Source of the DNA: Thiomicrospira sp.
GTDB lineage: Bacteria > Pseudomonadota > Gammaproteobacteria > Thiomicrospirales > Thiomicrospiraceae
Direction: 5' to 3'
Length of the DNA: 64,000 nucleotides
NCBI GenBank assembly: GCA_034005865.1
Contig: JAVETW010000004.1
Location: 669-64,668 of the forward strand
In this document: in pieces, positions 1 through 10,351 of the stretch
Position numbering within the stretch: the first letter of the stretch is position 1
Layout of the letters: every line of letters begins with the position of its first letter
Notes under the pieces: generated by a model
The model's database searches: none
The model's input: the letters and a program-made list of their open reading frames with translations, nothing else
Told to the model about the DNA's origin: nothing
Position numbers and translations under genes: made by a program

Positions 1-1
1 G

Positions 2-205
2 ATTGTGCATCAGGGGTTGGAGGCCACCATCGCTAAAAAAATTGTGAAACTCATTAAAGACGCGAAGTTAAAAGTACAGGCACAAATTCAAGGTGATTCG
101 GTTCGTGTGACCGGTAAAAAGCGCGATGACTTACAAGAGGCGATTGCGTTGTTAAAAGGTCAAGAGTTAGAGCGTCCACTGCAGTTTAATAACTTCCGCG
201 AATAA
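2..205 (+). CDS. yajQ: YajQ-family (UPF0234) nucleotide-binding protein, 3' part; the 5' end lies outside the window
   Basis: The ORF is open to the window edge. Its C-terminus, [44 protein letters not shown], fits the remembered YajQ C-terminal pattern. Confidence 0.7.
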   Translation: MVHQGLEATIAKKIVKLIKDAKLKVQAQIQGDSVRVTGKKRDDLQEAIALLKGQELERPLQFNNFRE

Positions 206-357
206 GACCTAAGTGGGTTGAGTGTCCTATTTTTACCACGAAGATGAGGTGTTTTCCTAGTAAAAGTTCAGGGCACCTCGAATAACCCTCGATAAATTTT
301 TGCGGGACTTAAAGGCCACTTATTCGAAGTGCCCTTCATTTTCAATCATCCCAAGTT

Positions 358-882
358 TTAAAACTCAAACATTCTTAACGTCTCTTCCGGTACAAGCGTG
401 CTGGCTTGTTTAATGCGGTTTTGCATCCAGGCCATAAATAACTCCACTTCACGCAGGCTAATACGTTCGTCAATAAAGGTCATCGACGATTGCACTTCAG
501 CGGCTTGATTACCCGGTAGCACAATATACTTGGCGCAATTAAGTTTGGTGTTAAGCGTGGACAGGGTGATAAAAATCTCGGGGTTATCTTGGTATTCGGC
601 CTTAATCGGGTAGATTTGACTGACGACAATGCGACTCAAACGTCCGGCTTGAATGCGCGGCTCCATAATAAAAATCCCTTGACCGTATTCGACTTCTATT
701 TGGTCGTAGTTGCGTTGGCGGGTGATATAACCATGATTTTCCAGCGCGAGTCGTAACGTTTGGGCAGCGGGTTGATTGGCGTTAAATTCAATCCAAGCGC
801 TCGATTGCTGCGGGGTGTGGGCGCAACCGGCTAAACCGGCGAGAATGAACATCAGGGCAAAAAAACGCAAAGGAAAAGACAT
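358..882 (-). CDS. hypothetical lipoprotein
   Basis: The internal ATG at 882 gives MSFPLRFFALMFILAGLAGC, a signal peptide with lipobox L-A-G-C. I do not recognise the family. Confidence 0.6.
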   Translation of the reverse strand: MSFPLRFFALMFILAGLAGCAHTPQQSSAWIEFNANQPAAQTLRLALENHGYITRQRNYDQIEVEYGQGIFIMEPRIQAGRLSRIVVSQIYPIKAEYQDNPEIFITLSTLNTKLNCAKYIVLPGNQAAEVQSSMTFIDERISLREVELFMAWMQNRIKQASTLVPEETLRMFEF

Positions 883-933
883 GCGGGTTCCTGTATTTTT
901 AAGATGAAGTGAGTAAAATAAACTTTCCATTAA

Positions 934-1869
<936 letters not shown>

Positions 1870-1907
1870 GCTTGGTGCGAACATAATAAAAACGGGGCAC
1901 ATAATAT

Positions 1908-1944
1908 AAAAACGGGGCACATAATGGTCCCGTTTTTATTTTAG
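1908..1944 (+). terminator. rho-independent terminator after argB
   Basis: The stem is AAAAACGGG (1908-1916) paired with CCCGTTTTT (1929-1937), followed by a T-run. The left arm is part of a tandem duplication of AAAAACGGGGCACATAAT. Confidence 0.55.
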
Positions 1945-1969
1945 CGGTGATTACCAGGCCTGCTAGAAT

Positions 1970-2156
1970 CTGTTGATCATTCTTTTTTAACCACAGAGAT
2001 ACGAAGGTGCGAAGTTATTTAAGCGCGGTTTCAAGTATTAAGTCATTGGGTTTTGAAGATGTTTGTTTTTGTCAAACGTTTTGGCTGAACAATAAATGGA
2101 TTCAGCGATTAACTAGAACTTGACTTATCAATTAGTTACGGCGAATTGTCAACAAG
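1970..2156 (+). mobile_element. MITE-like element, copy 1 (about 187 bp)
   Basis: The left end is CTGTTGATCATTC...AACCACAGAGATACGAAGG and the right end is GAATTGTCAACAA, forming a terminal inverted repeat. The internal core CGTTTTGGCTGAACAATAAATGGATTCA is shared with the copies at 9452, 12172 and 52452. Confidence 0.6.
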
Positions 2157-2193
2157 CTATAGCCAAGTGAAGCAAGTGGAATGAGGGTGAGAT

Positions 2194-3621
2194 ATGTCGA
2201 TTCGTAGCAAGCTGGTGGCGTTATTATTGGGGTTTGGCTTTTTAATTTTGGGCGTGTTTTTGTGGAGCAATCAGTATGTATTGCATACCACGATTTTGCA
2301 CTATGTCGATCAGCGCGATCAGCAGCGTTTAGAGCGTCTTAAAAATAATCTCGAAGTTTATCTAAGTGACTATGCCGACTCGGTGAATGAGCCGATATCT
2401 TCATCGGTGTGGTTGGCGTTATTGCGTTTATCTAATCGTATTGACTTAACCCAACAAACGGTGCAAATGGATAGGGTTTTACGCCGTTTTGGTCAACCAA
2501 ATAATCGTTTGGATGAGTTTGAGCAACGCGTGAGTTTGCTTGGGTTGGATGGTGCAACACAGAGGGGCGCGGCGGCACAAAATTTTACGCGTGTGCTGGA
2601 CGTATTGTATAACGGTCAGGTGGTGCTGCGCTTGGGGTATAGGCCGCTTGATGCGTTGACCGAGCAAGCGGATATTGAGTTTGCGCAGTGGCAAAGCAAA
2701 ATACTGTTTGGCGGTGCACTGTTTATTTTACTGTTAAGCCTGGTGTTGTTGTGGCCGTTGCATTATCAATTATTGGCACCAATGCGACGTTTATCCGAAG
2801 GCTTAAAACGCTTGTCTCTAGGCGATTTTAATGTGCGTTTGGCGGCCACGCGCCAAGACGAGTTCGGCACATTAGAGCAACATTTTAATCATTTAGCGCA
2901 AAGTTTGGCGCAGGTTGAAGCCGGACGCAGCCAGTGGGTCGCCGATACCTCACATGAGTTGCGTACACCGATTACGGTATTGCGTAGTTCTATCGAGTCC
3001 ATGCTAGAGGGCGTGCGCCCAACGACGACCCAAAACCTACAGGCCGTGTACGACGAAGTTTTAGTGTTAAATCGGCTGGTCGAAGATTTGCATCAGTTGA
3101 ATAAGTATCATGTCGGCAATCTGCAATACCAGATGGTGCGACTGGATTGGCGCGCACTGATTCAGCAAGCGCTGGAAACGCAACGCGGCTTAATCGAAGC
3201 GAAAGGCTTGACCTTGACGATTAGCTTACCCTCCACGGCGGCTTGGGTATTGGGTGATGCGGTGCGGCTGCATCAGTTGATGCATAATATTTTGCATAAT
3301 GCCTTGACCTATACCGATGCACAGCAGGCCGACGCGTGTGCCGGTGTGATTTCAATTGTATTGACGGAGCAAGACCAGGCCTGGCAGCTCAAGGTGTGTG
3401 ACTCTGCGCCCGGTGTTTCAACCGACGAGCTGGCGCAGTTGAGTGCGCGTTTTTATCGTGCCGAAAGTTCACGCAATCGGCGTTTTGGTGGGGCGGGTTT
3501 AGGTTTGGCGATTAGCCGACAAATTGTGCAAGCCCATCAGGGAAGCATGGCATTCGCGCCCTCTCATTTGGGTGGTTTGTGCGTGATAATATCCTTACCT
3601 AAGCGCCATGAAGGGGTTTAA
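2194..3621 (+). CDS. sensor histidine kinase (HAMP-HisKA-HATPase; BaeS/CpxA-like)
   Basis: It has an N-terminal TM segment, a HAMP domain (LAPMRRLSEGLKRLSLGDFNVRL), an H-box (SHELRTPIT) and a G2 box (GGAGLGLAISRQIV). Confidence 0.9.
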   Translation: MSIRSKLVALLLGFGFLILGVFLWSNQYVLHTTILHYVDQRDQQRLERLKNNLEVYLSDYADSVNEPISSSVWLALLRLSNRIDLTQQTVQMDRVLRRFGQPNNRLDEFEQRVSLLGLDGATQRGAAAQNFTRVLDVLYNGQVVLRLGYRPLDALTEQADIEFAQWQSKILFGGALFILLLSLVLLWPLHYQLLAPMRRLSEGLKRLSLGDFNVRLAATRQDEFGTLEQHFNHLAQSLAQVEAGRSQWVADTSHELRTPITVLRSSIESMLEGVRPTTTQNLQAVYDEVLVLNRLVEDLHQLNKYHVGNLQYQMVRLDWRALIQQALETQRGLIEAKGLTLTISLPSTAAWVLGDAVRLHQLMHNILHNALTYTDAQQADACAGVISIVLTEQDQAWQLKVCDSAPGVSTDELAQLSARFYRAESSRNRRFGGAGLGLAISRQIVQAHQGSMAFAPSHLGGLCVIISLPKRHEGV

Positions 3622-3648
3622 TCAAGCGCGCAAATTCAGGAGATGAGT

Positions 3649-4323
3649 ATGGCAAACAGCATTTTGTTGGTCGAAGATGAACATAAAATTGCCGAAGTCG
3701 TGCAAGAGTATTTGCAAAACCAGGGATATGAGGTGGTGCATTTGGACGATGGCGCGCAGGTGATGCCCTGGCTCAGTCAGCATTCTGCCGACCTAGTATT
3801 GCTTGATGTTATGTTACCGAATGTGGACGGCTTGAACTTATGTCGTCAGATACGCACCCTGTATAGCATGCCGCTGGCGCTGTTGACGGCCAAGGTTGAA
3901 GAAGTGGATCGGATTATCGGTTGGGAAATGGGGGCGGATGATTATATTTGCAAACCGTTTAGTTTGCGTGAACTTTTGGCGCGCGTAAAAGCTTTGTTAC
4001 GGCGCGCGCAACCACACGCGCCCGCAGAATCGGGTTGGCGATTAGATAAGGATCGTTTTCAGGCTTGCTATCAAGGGCAGTGTGTTGAATTGTCAGCCAT
4101 CGAGTGTGCGTTGTTGCAAACCTTGTCCGCTTCGCCCGGGCGCATTTATTCACGTGCGCAACTGATAGACAGTATTTATGCCGATCATCGCGTGGTCTCA
4201 GATCGAACCATTGATAGCCATGTTAAAAAACTACGTCAAAAACTCGCCGCCGCGTTTGGCGAAATAGAGCTTATTCATTCCGTTTATGGTGCCGGATACA
4301 AGTTTCACCTTCCAGATGCCTGA
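3649..4323 (+). CDS. OmpR-family response regulator
   Basis: It has a receiver domain (ILLVEDE, LVLLDVMLP, TAK) and a winged-helix C-terminus (DRTIDSHVKKLRQKL...YGAGYKF). I chose ATG 3649 because of its spacing from AGGAG. Confidence 0.9.
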   Translation: MANSILLVEDEHKIAEVVQEYLQNQGYEVVHLDDGAQVMPWLSQHSADLVLLDVMLPNVDGLNLCRQIRTLYSMPLALLTAKVEEVDRIIGWEMGADDYICKPFSLRELLARVKALLRRAQPHAPAESGWRLDKDRFQACYQGQCVELSAIECALLQTLSASPGRIYSRAQLIDSIYADHRVVSDRTIDSHVKKLRQKLAAAFGEIELIHSVYGAGYKFHLPDA

Positions 4324-4471
4324 CGGCTCTATCGCGTTTTCACAATCTTGTAGATTCGACGCATATTCGTTGCACATTTGGGCATGATACTAGGAATCAA
4401 GGACGGCACGCACCTTTCATACATGGCAGGGCGGCGCGGTCTTCACCTAAACTCAAAACGAGGTATTCATT

Positions 4472-4894
4472 ATGAAAACATTCACCATGTCCTTACGTGC
4501 AACACGGCTTCCATCCTTGTTTGCTGCCGCCTGTTTAATGGGCGCAAGCTTAGCGTTTGTCCCACAAGTACACGCACAACCCGGCGCTGCGCAGATGTCG
4601 CAAGCTGAAGGTAAACCAGGTTGTCGCGGTAAACATCCGGTTTCGGCGGAGCAACGCCATGAAAAACGTCTTCAGCGCATGACCGAAAGCTTAGGCTTAA
4701 CCGGCGAGCAACAAGCGCAACTAAAAACCCTGATGACGGAACGTCATCAAACGATGCAGCAACAGCGCCGCGAATATCAACAGCAACTAAAAGCCGTCTT
4801 GACCGAAGCGCAATGGCAAAAGTGGCAAGCGCAAAAATCAGAACGTATGGAGCGTATGCAACATACAAAACCGGCTACAAAAACGGATTCATAA
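4472..4894 (+). CDS. periplasmic CpxP/Spy-family-like protein
   Basis: It has a signal peptide ending VHAQP, two LTxxQ-type motifs (LGLTGEQQAQL and LTEAQWQKW), a Q/R-rich helical composition, and sits directly downstream of the HK/RR pair. Confidence 0.55.
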   Translation: MKTFTMSLRATRLPSLFAAACLMGASLAFVPQVHAQPGAAQMSQAEGKPGCRGKHPVSAEQRHEKRLQRMTESLGLTGEQQAQLKTLMTERHQTMQQQRREYQQQLKAVLTEAQWQKWQAQKSERMERMQHTKPATKTDS

Positions 4895-4948
4895 CGCGTA
4901 CAAAAGTTATTAACACGCTGGCCGGGTATGAAGTAAATCATTTCAATT

Positions 4949-5040
4949 CCCCACAGCGGCACGAATGCACGAAGCTGATGGGTATAGCACGGTGAAATAG
5001 ACAATCTTTGTGTTGTTCGTGCCTTTCACGGTTCAAAAAA
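4949..5040. repeat. CACGAAG-module hairpin repeat
   Basis: CCCCACAGCGGCACGAATGCACGAAG ... TTCGTGCCTTTCACGGTTCAAAAAA are imperfect inverted arms of the same family as the elements at 24091, 39481 and 40033. Confidence 0.45.
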
Positions 5041-5086
5041 TGGTTTGCACTGCAAATCGAGGTGGCGATCTGTCAATCCTCAGCTT

Positions 5087-5110
5087 GGCGGTTTTGTTAC
5101 CGCCTTTTTT
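5087..5110 (+). terminator. rho-independent terminator
   Basis: GGCGGT-TTTGTT-ACCGCC followed by TTTTTT. Confidence 0.5.
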
Positions 5111-5367
5111 ACGTTTATTGATGCCATGTTGATTGCTCAAAAAGAAGATAAATAGCCTTTAAACCTTGTTAAACCTTGTGTTTAATCACGTCGATTGCCT
5201 CCTATTTGACTCATGCTGTCAATTTTTCCCAGTTTTTTTGTTTCGACTAATCGAGCTGCTCAAGTATGGGGTGTTGTTGATTGTGGACAAGCCGGATATT
5301 GGTTCATAATAGCCTCCATTTTTAAAACCCGTTATTATTGCGGCTTAACGTCAACAGAGGGAAAAGC

Positions 5368-6075
5368 ATGGAAAAAACGCAACAACAAATTTTGCGCCAT
5401 CATGGCGGCGACGGTGATCATGCGCGCACGATGATTACTCAAACCTATGCGGCGCGACATGATGAAGCTTTTTGGCAATACTGGCAAACCTGGTGTCACG
5501 GTTGTATTGCGCCGCAGGATGTGTTGCTGGATTTGGGCGCGGGCACCGGGTTATTTGTACAAGACTTATCACAGGCTTATCCACAGGCCAAAGTGATTGG
5601 TATTGAGGCCGCGCCTTACATGCTTGAGGCCTTGGTTAGTCTGCCGTCGAATGGCGAAGTGCTCGCGGATGATTTAAATCAACCTTGTGTTGCAATCCCT
5701 GAAAACACGGCGGCTGTAGCCATGTGTAATATGGTTGTACACGAACTGATGCAACCGATTTTAATGTTTAAATCGGTGTTTAATTGGTTAAAGCCCGGTG
5801 GACGGTTTTGTGTTATAGACCTTGTTCGTCAACCCTTGTCCCAGTATTTATCACATCGTTATCCACAGCTTGATTCCTGGCAGAATGCGCCTTCTCGTGA
5901 GGAGCTTGAAGAGGTGTTTGAGCATTTTTATGAACACAATCGTTATCATGCTGAAGACTTGATATTTATGTTGGAATCGGTCGGATTTCGACTTGTCGAA
6001 CAAAGCGTATTAAAAAATGGTCGCATGGTGCGGTTACTGGCAGAAAAACCAAGAGGTGCGAATGTTACAGTTTAA
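5368..6075 (+). CDS. class I SAM-dependent methyltransferase
   Basis: Motif I is VLLDLGAGTGLF, with the post-I/II pattern VIGIE. ATG 5368 follows AGAGGG. Confidence 0.8.
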   Translation: MEKTQQQILRHHGGDGDHARTMITQTYAARHDEAFWQYWQTWCHGCIAPQDVLLDLGAGTGLFVQDLSQAYPQAKVIGIEAAPYMLEALVSLPSNGEVLADDLNQPCVAIPENTAAVAMCNMVVHELMQPILMFKSVFNWLKPGGRFCVIDLVRQPLSQYLSHRYPQLDSWQNAPSREELEEVFEHFYEHNRYHAEDLIFMLESVGFRLVEQSVLKNGRMVRLLAEKPRGANVTV

Positions 6076-7237
6076 CGGCTTCGAGTTTGCTGCCACGCCG
6101 ACCTTGTATGTTGGTTGGGGCGTAGTGGAGCGTCAATTGGCGACACAATTACGTCAATTCAAGGCGAGACGCATTATGTTGGTGACCGGTCGCCATGTGG
6201 CTGAACGCGCTTGTCGTTATCTTGCCCCTTTGAATGGCGTACACCATGTGATTGTGCAAGGCGAACCGACCGTCGCTTTGATTGATAAATTGGTCACGAA
6301 TGCCCCGCAGGATATTGACCTGGTGGTCGGTATCGGCGGTGGCAGTGTGTTGGATGCCGCTAAAGCCATAGCAGGCCTGCTACCCGAGCGTTATTCTGTG
6401 TTGGATTATTTGGAGGGGGTGGGCTGTGGTCGCACGTTACAACAGCCACCGGTTGCGTTTATCGCTGTACCGACGACCGCCGGAACGGGTTCGGAAACCA
6501 CCAAAAATGCGGTTATTTCCGAGCCGGGACGGTTTAAGAAGTCGTTTCGTGATGCGCGTTTAGTCGCTTACCAGGCCTGGTTAGATCCTTCTTGGCTTGA
6601 GGATTGTCCCGCTTCGGTGTTGTATCCGACGGCGATGGATGCGCTGACGCAGTTAATTGAGTCTTACGTGACTTTAAAAGCCAATCCGATGACCGATGCG
6701 CTGGCTTGGCAAGGCATGGTATTGTTTCAAGGTGCATTGGCGGCGTTGGATGGCGATGACGAGGCGCAAAAACAGCAGGCTTTTGCGAACTTAATGTTAG
6801 CGGCAAGCTTGTCGGGCATCACCCTAGCGAACGCCGGTTTGGGGGCGGTGCATGGGTTGGCCGGACCGATTGGTGCCTTTTTTGATGCGCCGCATGGGGT
6901 TGTGTGCGCCAGGCTGCTGGCACCGATTACGCGAGAAAATATTCAGGCGCTGCGTGCGCAAAGCGGACAAGAGGCCGTATTGCGTAAATATGGCGCTATC
7001 GCACGCTTGTTGCGCGCAGAGCCGACTGAGGCGGCTTATGCGGATGATGCAGAAAGTTTAATTGATGAGTTGGAACGCTTAACGCAACGTTATGTGACAC
7101 AAGGATTGGCGGCATATGGGCTAACGGCGCAGAATGTGGCGCTGGTGATTGGACATTGTCGTGCGGGGAGTATGCTGGGTAATCCGTTGGTGTTGCCCGA
7201 TGAGGCGCTGTTGCGTGCGCTTATCGCGGCACTATAA
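6062..7237 (+). CDS. iron-containing (group III) alcohol dehydrogenase family protein
   Basis: It carries GIGGGSVLDAAKAIAG, AVPTTAGTGSE and a His-rich C-terminal metal site (GAVHGLAGP, APHGV). It overlaps the upstream methyltransferase gene by 14 nt. Confidence 0.85.
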   Translation: MLQFNGFEFAATPTLYVGWGVVERQLATQLRQFKARRIMLVTGRHVAERACRYLAPLNGVHHVIVQGEPTVALIDKLVTNAPQDIDLVVGIGGGSVLDAAKAIAGLLPERYSVLDYLEGVGCGRTLQQPPVAFIAVPTTAGTGSETTKNAVISEPGRFKKSFRDARLVAYQAWLDPSWLEDCPASVLYPTAMDALTQLIESYVTLKANPMTDALAWQGMVLFQGALAALDGDDEAQKQQAFANLMLAASLSGITLANAGLGAVHGLAGPIGAFFDAPHGVVCARLLAPITRENIQALRAQSGQEAVLRKYGAIARLLRAEPTEAAYADDAESLIDELERLTQRYVTQGLAAYGLTAQNVALVIGHCRAGSMLGNPLVLPDEALLRALIAAL

Positions 7238-7353
7238 TGAGCAGGCCTGCTAATCGGGTGGCTTTCATTTTGCACCACGAAGAAACGAAATGTGCGCGAT
7301 TCGAGCGTCAGCTTTGGCTAGGCCGATGTTCGGCCTTTGGGGGTTGTTGTGGG

Positions 7354-8214
7354 CTAAATGACTACCGAGCCCTCATAGATTTCGTGGGCATCGTCAATCA
7401 GGTTGAGGTAGTAGTCTTCATCCAAGCCAAAATGCGCTAAGGCGTTGTGCGCTTGTGCTGCTTGGTTTTGTGTGGCATTAAAGTAGCCAAAACTGAACCC
7501 CTTTAGGCGACTGCCCAATTCGGCTAAGTAGGTGATGTAGGCGTAATCGGCGTCGCGCCCTTGCAGTTTGGCGGGGGAGTGGTGACCGGCAATGCCCATA
7601 ACGATTTCTTGCGCAAACCCCCAGTTTTTGACAAGGGTGCCGGCGACGGCAGGGTGCGATAAGCCAATGTGGAAGCGTTCGCAGCTGACTTGCTGTGCTA
7701 AGTCGTCATCAAGCTGGGGCACTAGCTGGGCAAAGGTGGGCGGGTTGAAAATATCCATCAGCGCGAGCCCCATGTCGTGGAATAAGCCGCATAGGAACGC
7801 ATGGTTGGGGTTGAGGCCAACGCCGATCGCGCGTGCCAGTTCTTTGGCGATATAGGCGCTGAGCAGGGCGTTTTTGAGAAAGGCTTTGGTTTGGATGGTT
7901 TTGCAGCCGATTTTTAGGCCGCTTAAACTGACTTGATGCGCAATATTGTTAATTTCGCTGATGCCTAAGCGGACGATGGCTTCGCTTAGGTTGTCGATTT
8001 GGCGATTATGGCTGTATTTGGGGGTGTTGGCGGTTTGAAGAATGGCGACGGTGAGGCGCGAATCTTTCATAATAATGTCTTCAATGTCTTTGGCGGAAAT
8101 CTCCGGTTGCTGCAGCGCGCGTTGCAACTCAATCATTACCGAAGGCAAGCGTGGTAGCAGGTCGCTGCTGTTGAGGGTGTCGATTAAGTGTTGGCTAGTG
8201 AGTTTCTGAGTCAT
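7354..8214 (-). CDS. HDOD domain protein
   Basis: It shows LPSVMIELQRAL...IMKDSRLTVAILQTANT and GLFHDMG, the HDOD signature. Confidence 0.8.
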   Translation of the reverse strand: MTQKLTSQHLIDTLNSSDLLPRLPSVMIELQRALQQPEISAKDIEDIIMKDSRLTVAILQTANTPKYSHNRQIDNLSEAIVRLGISEINNIAHQVSLSGLKIGCKTIQTKAFLKNALLSAYIAKELARAIGVGLNPNHAFLCGLFHDMGLALMDIFNPPTFAQLVPQLDDDLAQQVSCERFHIGLSHPAVAGTLVKNWGFAQEIVMGIAGHHSPAKLQGRDADYAYITYLAELGSRLKGFSFGYFNATQNQAAQAHNALAHFGLDEDYYLNLIDDAHEIYEGSVVI

Positions 8215-8417
8215 TGAAGTGCGCCTCTTGTTGTATGTTTTTATGGTTTTGTATTCTAGCCTGTGTACAGAGCTTGTTAAATGTTAAATATCGCGTTTGT
8301 TGATTGCACCCTTTGCGTGCTCGGTCTAAACTTAAGGTTTAACAATAGGGCGCTGGCAGGTGAAATGCCGTGTCAGCAAGCAAAAAACATCGTTTTGAAT
8401 TGAATTAAGGAAAATTT

Positions 8418-9350
8418 ATGACTCACTCTATTTCTTCATCTATGACGTGGCTGGGGCTTGCGTTGTTGTCGTTGATGCTCGTGTTGCCACAAGTGGCGGA
8501 AGCGAAGCGTTTTGGTGGTGGTAAAAGCTTAGGGCAGCAAAAGTCGATGCCAGCGCAACAGCGTCAGGCGCCGTCGCAAACTCAGCCCGCGGCGCAACCG
8601 CCACGCCAAGCCGCCCCGAATCAAGCCACATCAGGCGCATCGAAATGGTTAGGTCCGTTAGCCGGATTAGCCGCAGGCGGTTTATTGGCTTGGATGCTGT
8701 TTGGCGAGGGGTTCGAGGGCATTCAGTTTATGGATATTATGTTGGTGTTATTAATCGGTGTGGGCATTTGGTTGTTTTTGCGTGCGCGTCGTCGTCAAGC
8801 AACCGAACCGGATTTGGCGTATGAAGGCGCGCAGACCTCGTCTGCCTCCAGTCAGCCGGTGATGCGTGAGACTGCACCAGTATCAACAGCCGCTGCCGCG
8901 CCAACGTCAAACGCAGGTTCGATTATCGGTTCGGCTTTATCTGCACAAGCGCAGCAGGGTGTGGCCGCACCAAGTTGGTTTGATGCACAAGGGTTCTTAG
9001 ACGGTGCAAAAGAGCATTTTGTTCATTTGCAGCAGGCTTGGGATAAGGGAGACGCAGCGGAAATTGAATCCTATTGTACACCTGCGTTGTTTGCCCAGTT
9101 GCAGGCGATGATGCAGACGGTGGTGGTCGGCGATAATCATACCGAAGTGGATACCTTGTATGCCGACATCGCTGAGCAGTCGATAGAGGGCGACTATTTT
9201 GTCGTGAGCGTGCGTTTTAGCGGTTTTATTCGCGAAGCCCGTGATCAAGAGGCGCATGGGTTTAGCGAAATTTGGCATATTCGTCGCTTAGCGATTGGCG
9301 AGGGCGACTGGCAAATTGCCGGGATTCAGCAGATGGAAGCGTTGGATTAA
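8418..9350 (+). CDS. Tim44-like domain membrane protein
   Basis: It has a signal/TM region, a low-complexity Q/P/A linker, two TM helices, and a C-terminal region (WFDAQGFLDGAKEHFVHLQQAWDKGD...YCTP.LF) like a Tim44 domain. Confidence 0.7.
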   Translation: MTHSISSSMTWLGLALLSLMLVLPQVAEAKRFGGGKSLGQQKSMPAQQRQAPSQTQPAAQPPRQAAPNQATSGASKWLGPLAGLAAGGLLAWMLFGEGFEGIQFMDIMLVLLIGVGIWLFLRARRRQATEPDLAYEGAQTSSASSQPVMRETAPVSTAAAAPTSNAGSIIGSALSAQAQQGVAAPSWFDAQGFLDGAKEHFVHLQQAWDKGDAAEIESYCTPALFAQLQAMMQTVVVGDNHTEVDTLYADIAEQSIEGDYFVVSVRFSGFIREARDQEAHGFSEIWHIRRLAIGEGDWQIAGIQQMEALD

Positions 9351-9451
9351 CGCCAAAGGCGTTTGGCGGCGGTGCTAAACGATGGCGTTTATTCACCGCT
9401 TAGTCAGCGCGCGTTGTGGTGTGAGGTTCGTTTGAGCGAAGCAACGAGGAA

Positions 9452-9623
9452 CTGTTGACGATTCATTTTTGAACCACAGAGACATGAAGATGCGAAGTTT
9501 TTAAGTGTTAAGTCGTTGATTTTTATAGGTGTTTTTTTATCCATCGTTTTGGCTGAACGATAAATGGATTCAAAGGTTCACTAAAACCGGATTTGTTAAT
9601 CAGTTACAACGAATTCTCAACAG
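9452..9623 (+). mobile_element. MITE-like element, copy 2
   Basis: CTGTTGACGATTCATTTTTGAACCACAGAGACATGAAG ... GAATTCTCAACAG. It ends 18 nt before the ATG at 9642. Confidence 0.6.
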
Positions 9624-9641
9624 GCTATTAGGAGAGGTTCC

Positions 9642-10091
9642 ATGAAAATTGTTTTTTCTCGCGTTTTGCCAGTTGTGTTGTTGGCATTGGCATTGGGTGG
9701 TTGTTCAAAAGAACCGGTCAAAATTGAAAGCGTTGAGGTGCTAACCGATGTTGATCGTGGTTCAGGCAACTTTAATCGGGTATTGAAAATTTGTTTTGAC
9801 CAGCCGTTAAAGTCGTCGTTTTATCATACGGTAACCTTGATTACTAATGAGGATTACAAGCTCGAAGGTGGAAATTGGTTGCGACCGATGGCATCCGATC
9901 CGACCAATCCGTGTCAGTTGCGTAATATTTATTTATATTTGGATAAAAACTCGCCGCCCGGTTCGCGTCCGTTGATTGATGAATATGTGCGTCCGGGTAA
10001 TGTTCGGCAGTTGTTAATTAAAATTTACGATGATGTACCGGCAACCGGTAAGGAGCGTCCGGTGGATGAAAAACTTTTCCGTAATATTTAG
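9642..10091 (+). CDS. hypothetical lipoprotein
   Basis: RBS AGGAGAGG; signal peptide plus lipobox LALGGC. By eye it is more AT-rich than its neighbours. Confidence 0.7.
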   Translation: MKIVFSRVLPVVLLALALGGCSKEPVKIESVEVLTDVDRGSGNFNRVLKICFDQPLKSSFYHTVTLITNEDYKLEGGNWLRPMASDPTNPCQLRNIYLYLDKNSPPGSRPLIDEYVRPGNVRQLLIKIYDDVPATGKERPVDEKLFRNI

Positions 10092-10094
10092 GAT

Positions 10095-10245
10095 TTATTG
10101 ATGATTCATTTTGAACCAGAAGGCATAAAGAGGTGAGGTTATTTTGTCGATACTGATGGGTGTTAAGGGGTTGAATTGGATAGTAAACGGTATCCAGCGC
10201 TAATCTAAATTTGATTTATCAATCACGACAGCAAAGTGCCAAAAG
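10095..10245 (+). mobile_element. MITE-like element, copy 3 (degenerate)
   Basis: ATTGATGATTCATTTTGAACCAGAAGGCATAAAG ... TTTGATTTATCAATCACGACAG aligns with the other copies but carries many substitutions. Confidence 0.4.
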
Positions 10246-10351
10246 ATGCTGATGTTTTGCGTTCAGCACGTTTGCTTTATTCAAATGGGCGCGGCATGGG
10301 CCGCGCCCTATCTTAAGCGCGGCTTGTCCGCTGGCTAAATTTCGAGGTGAT

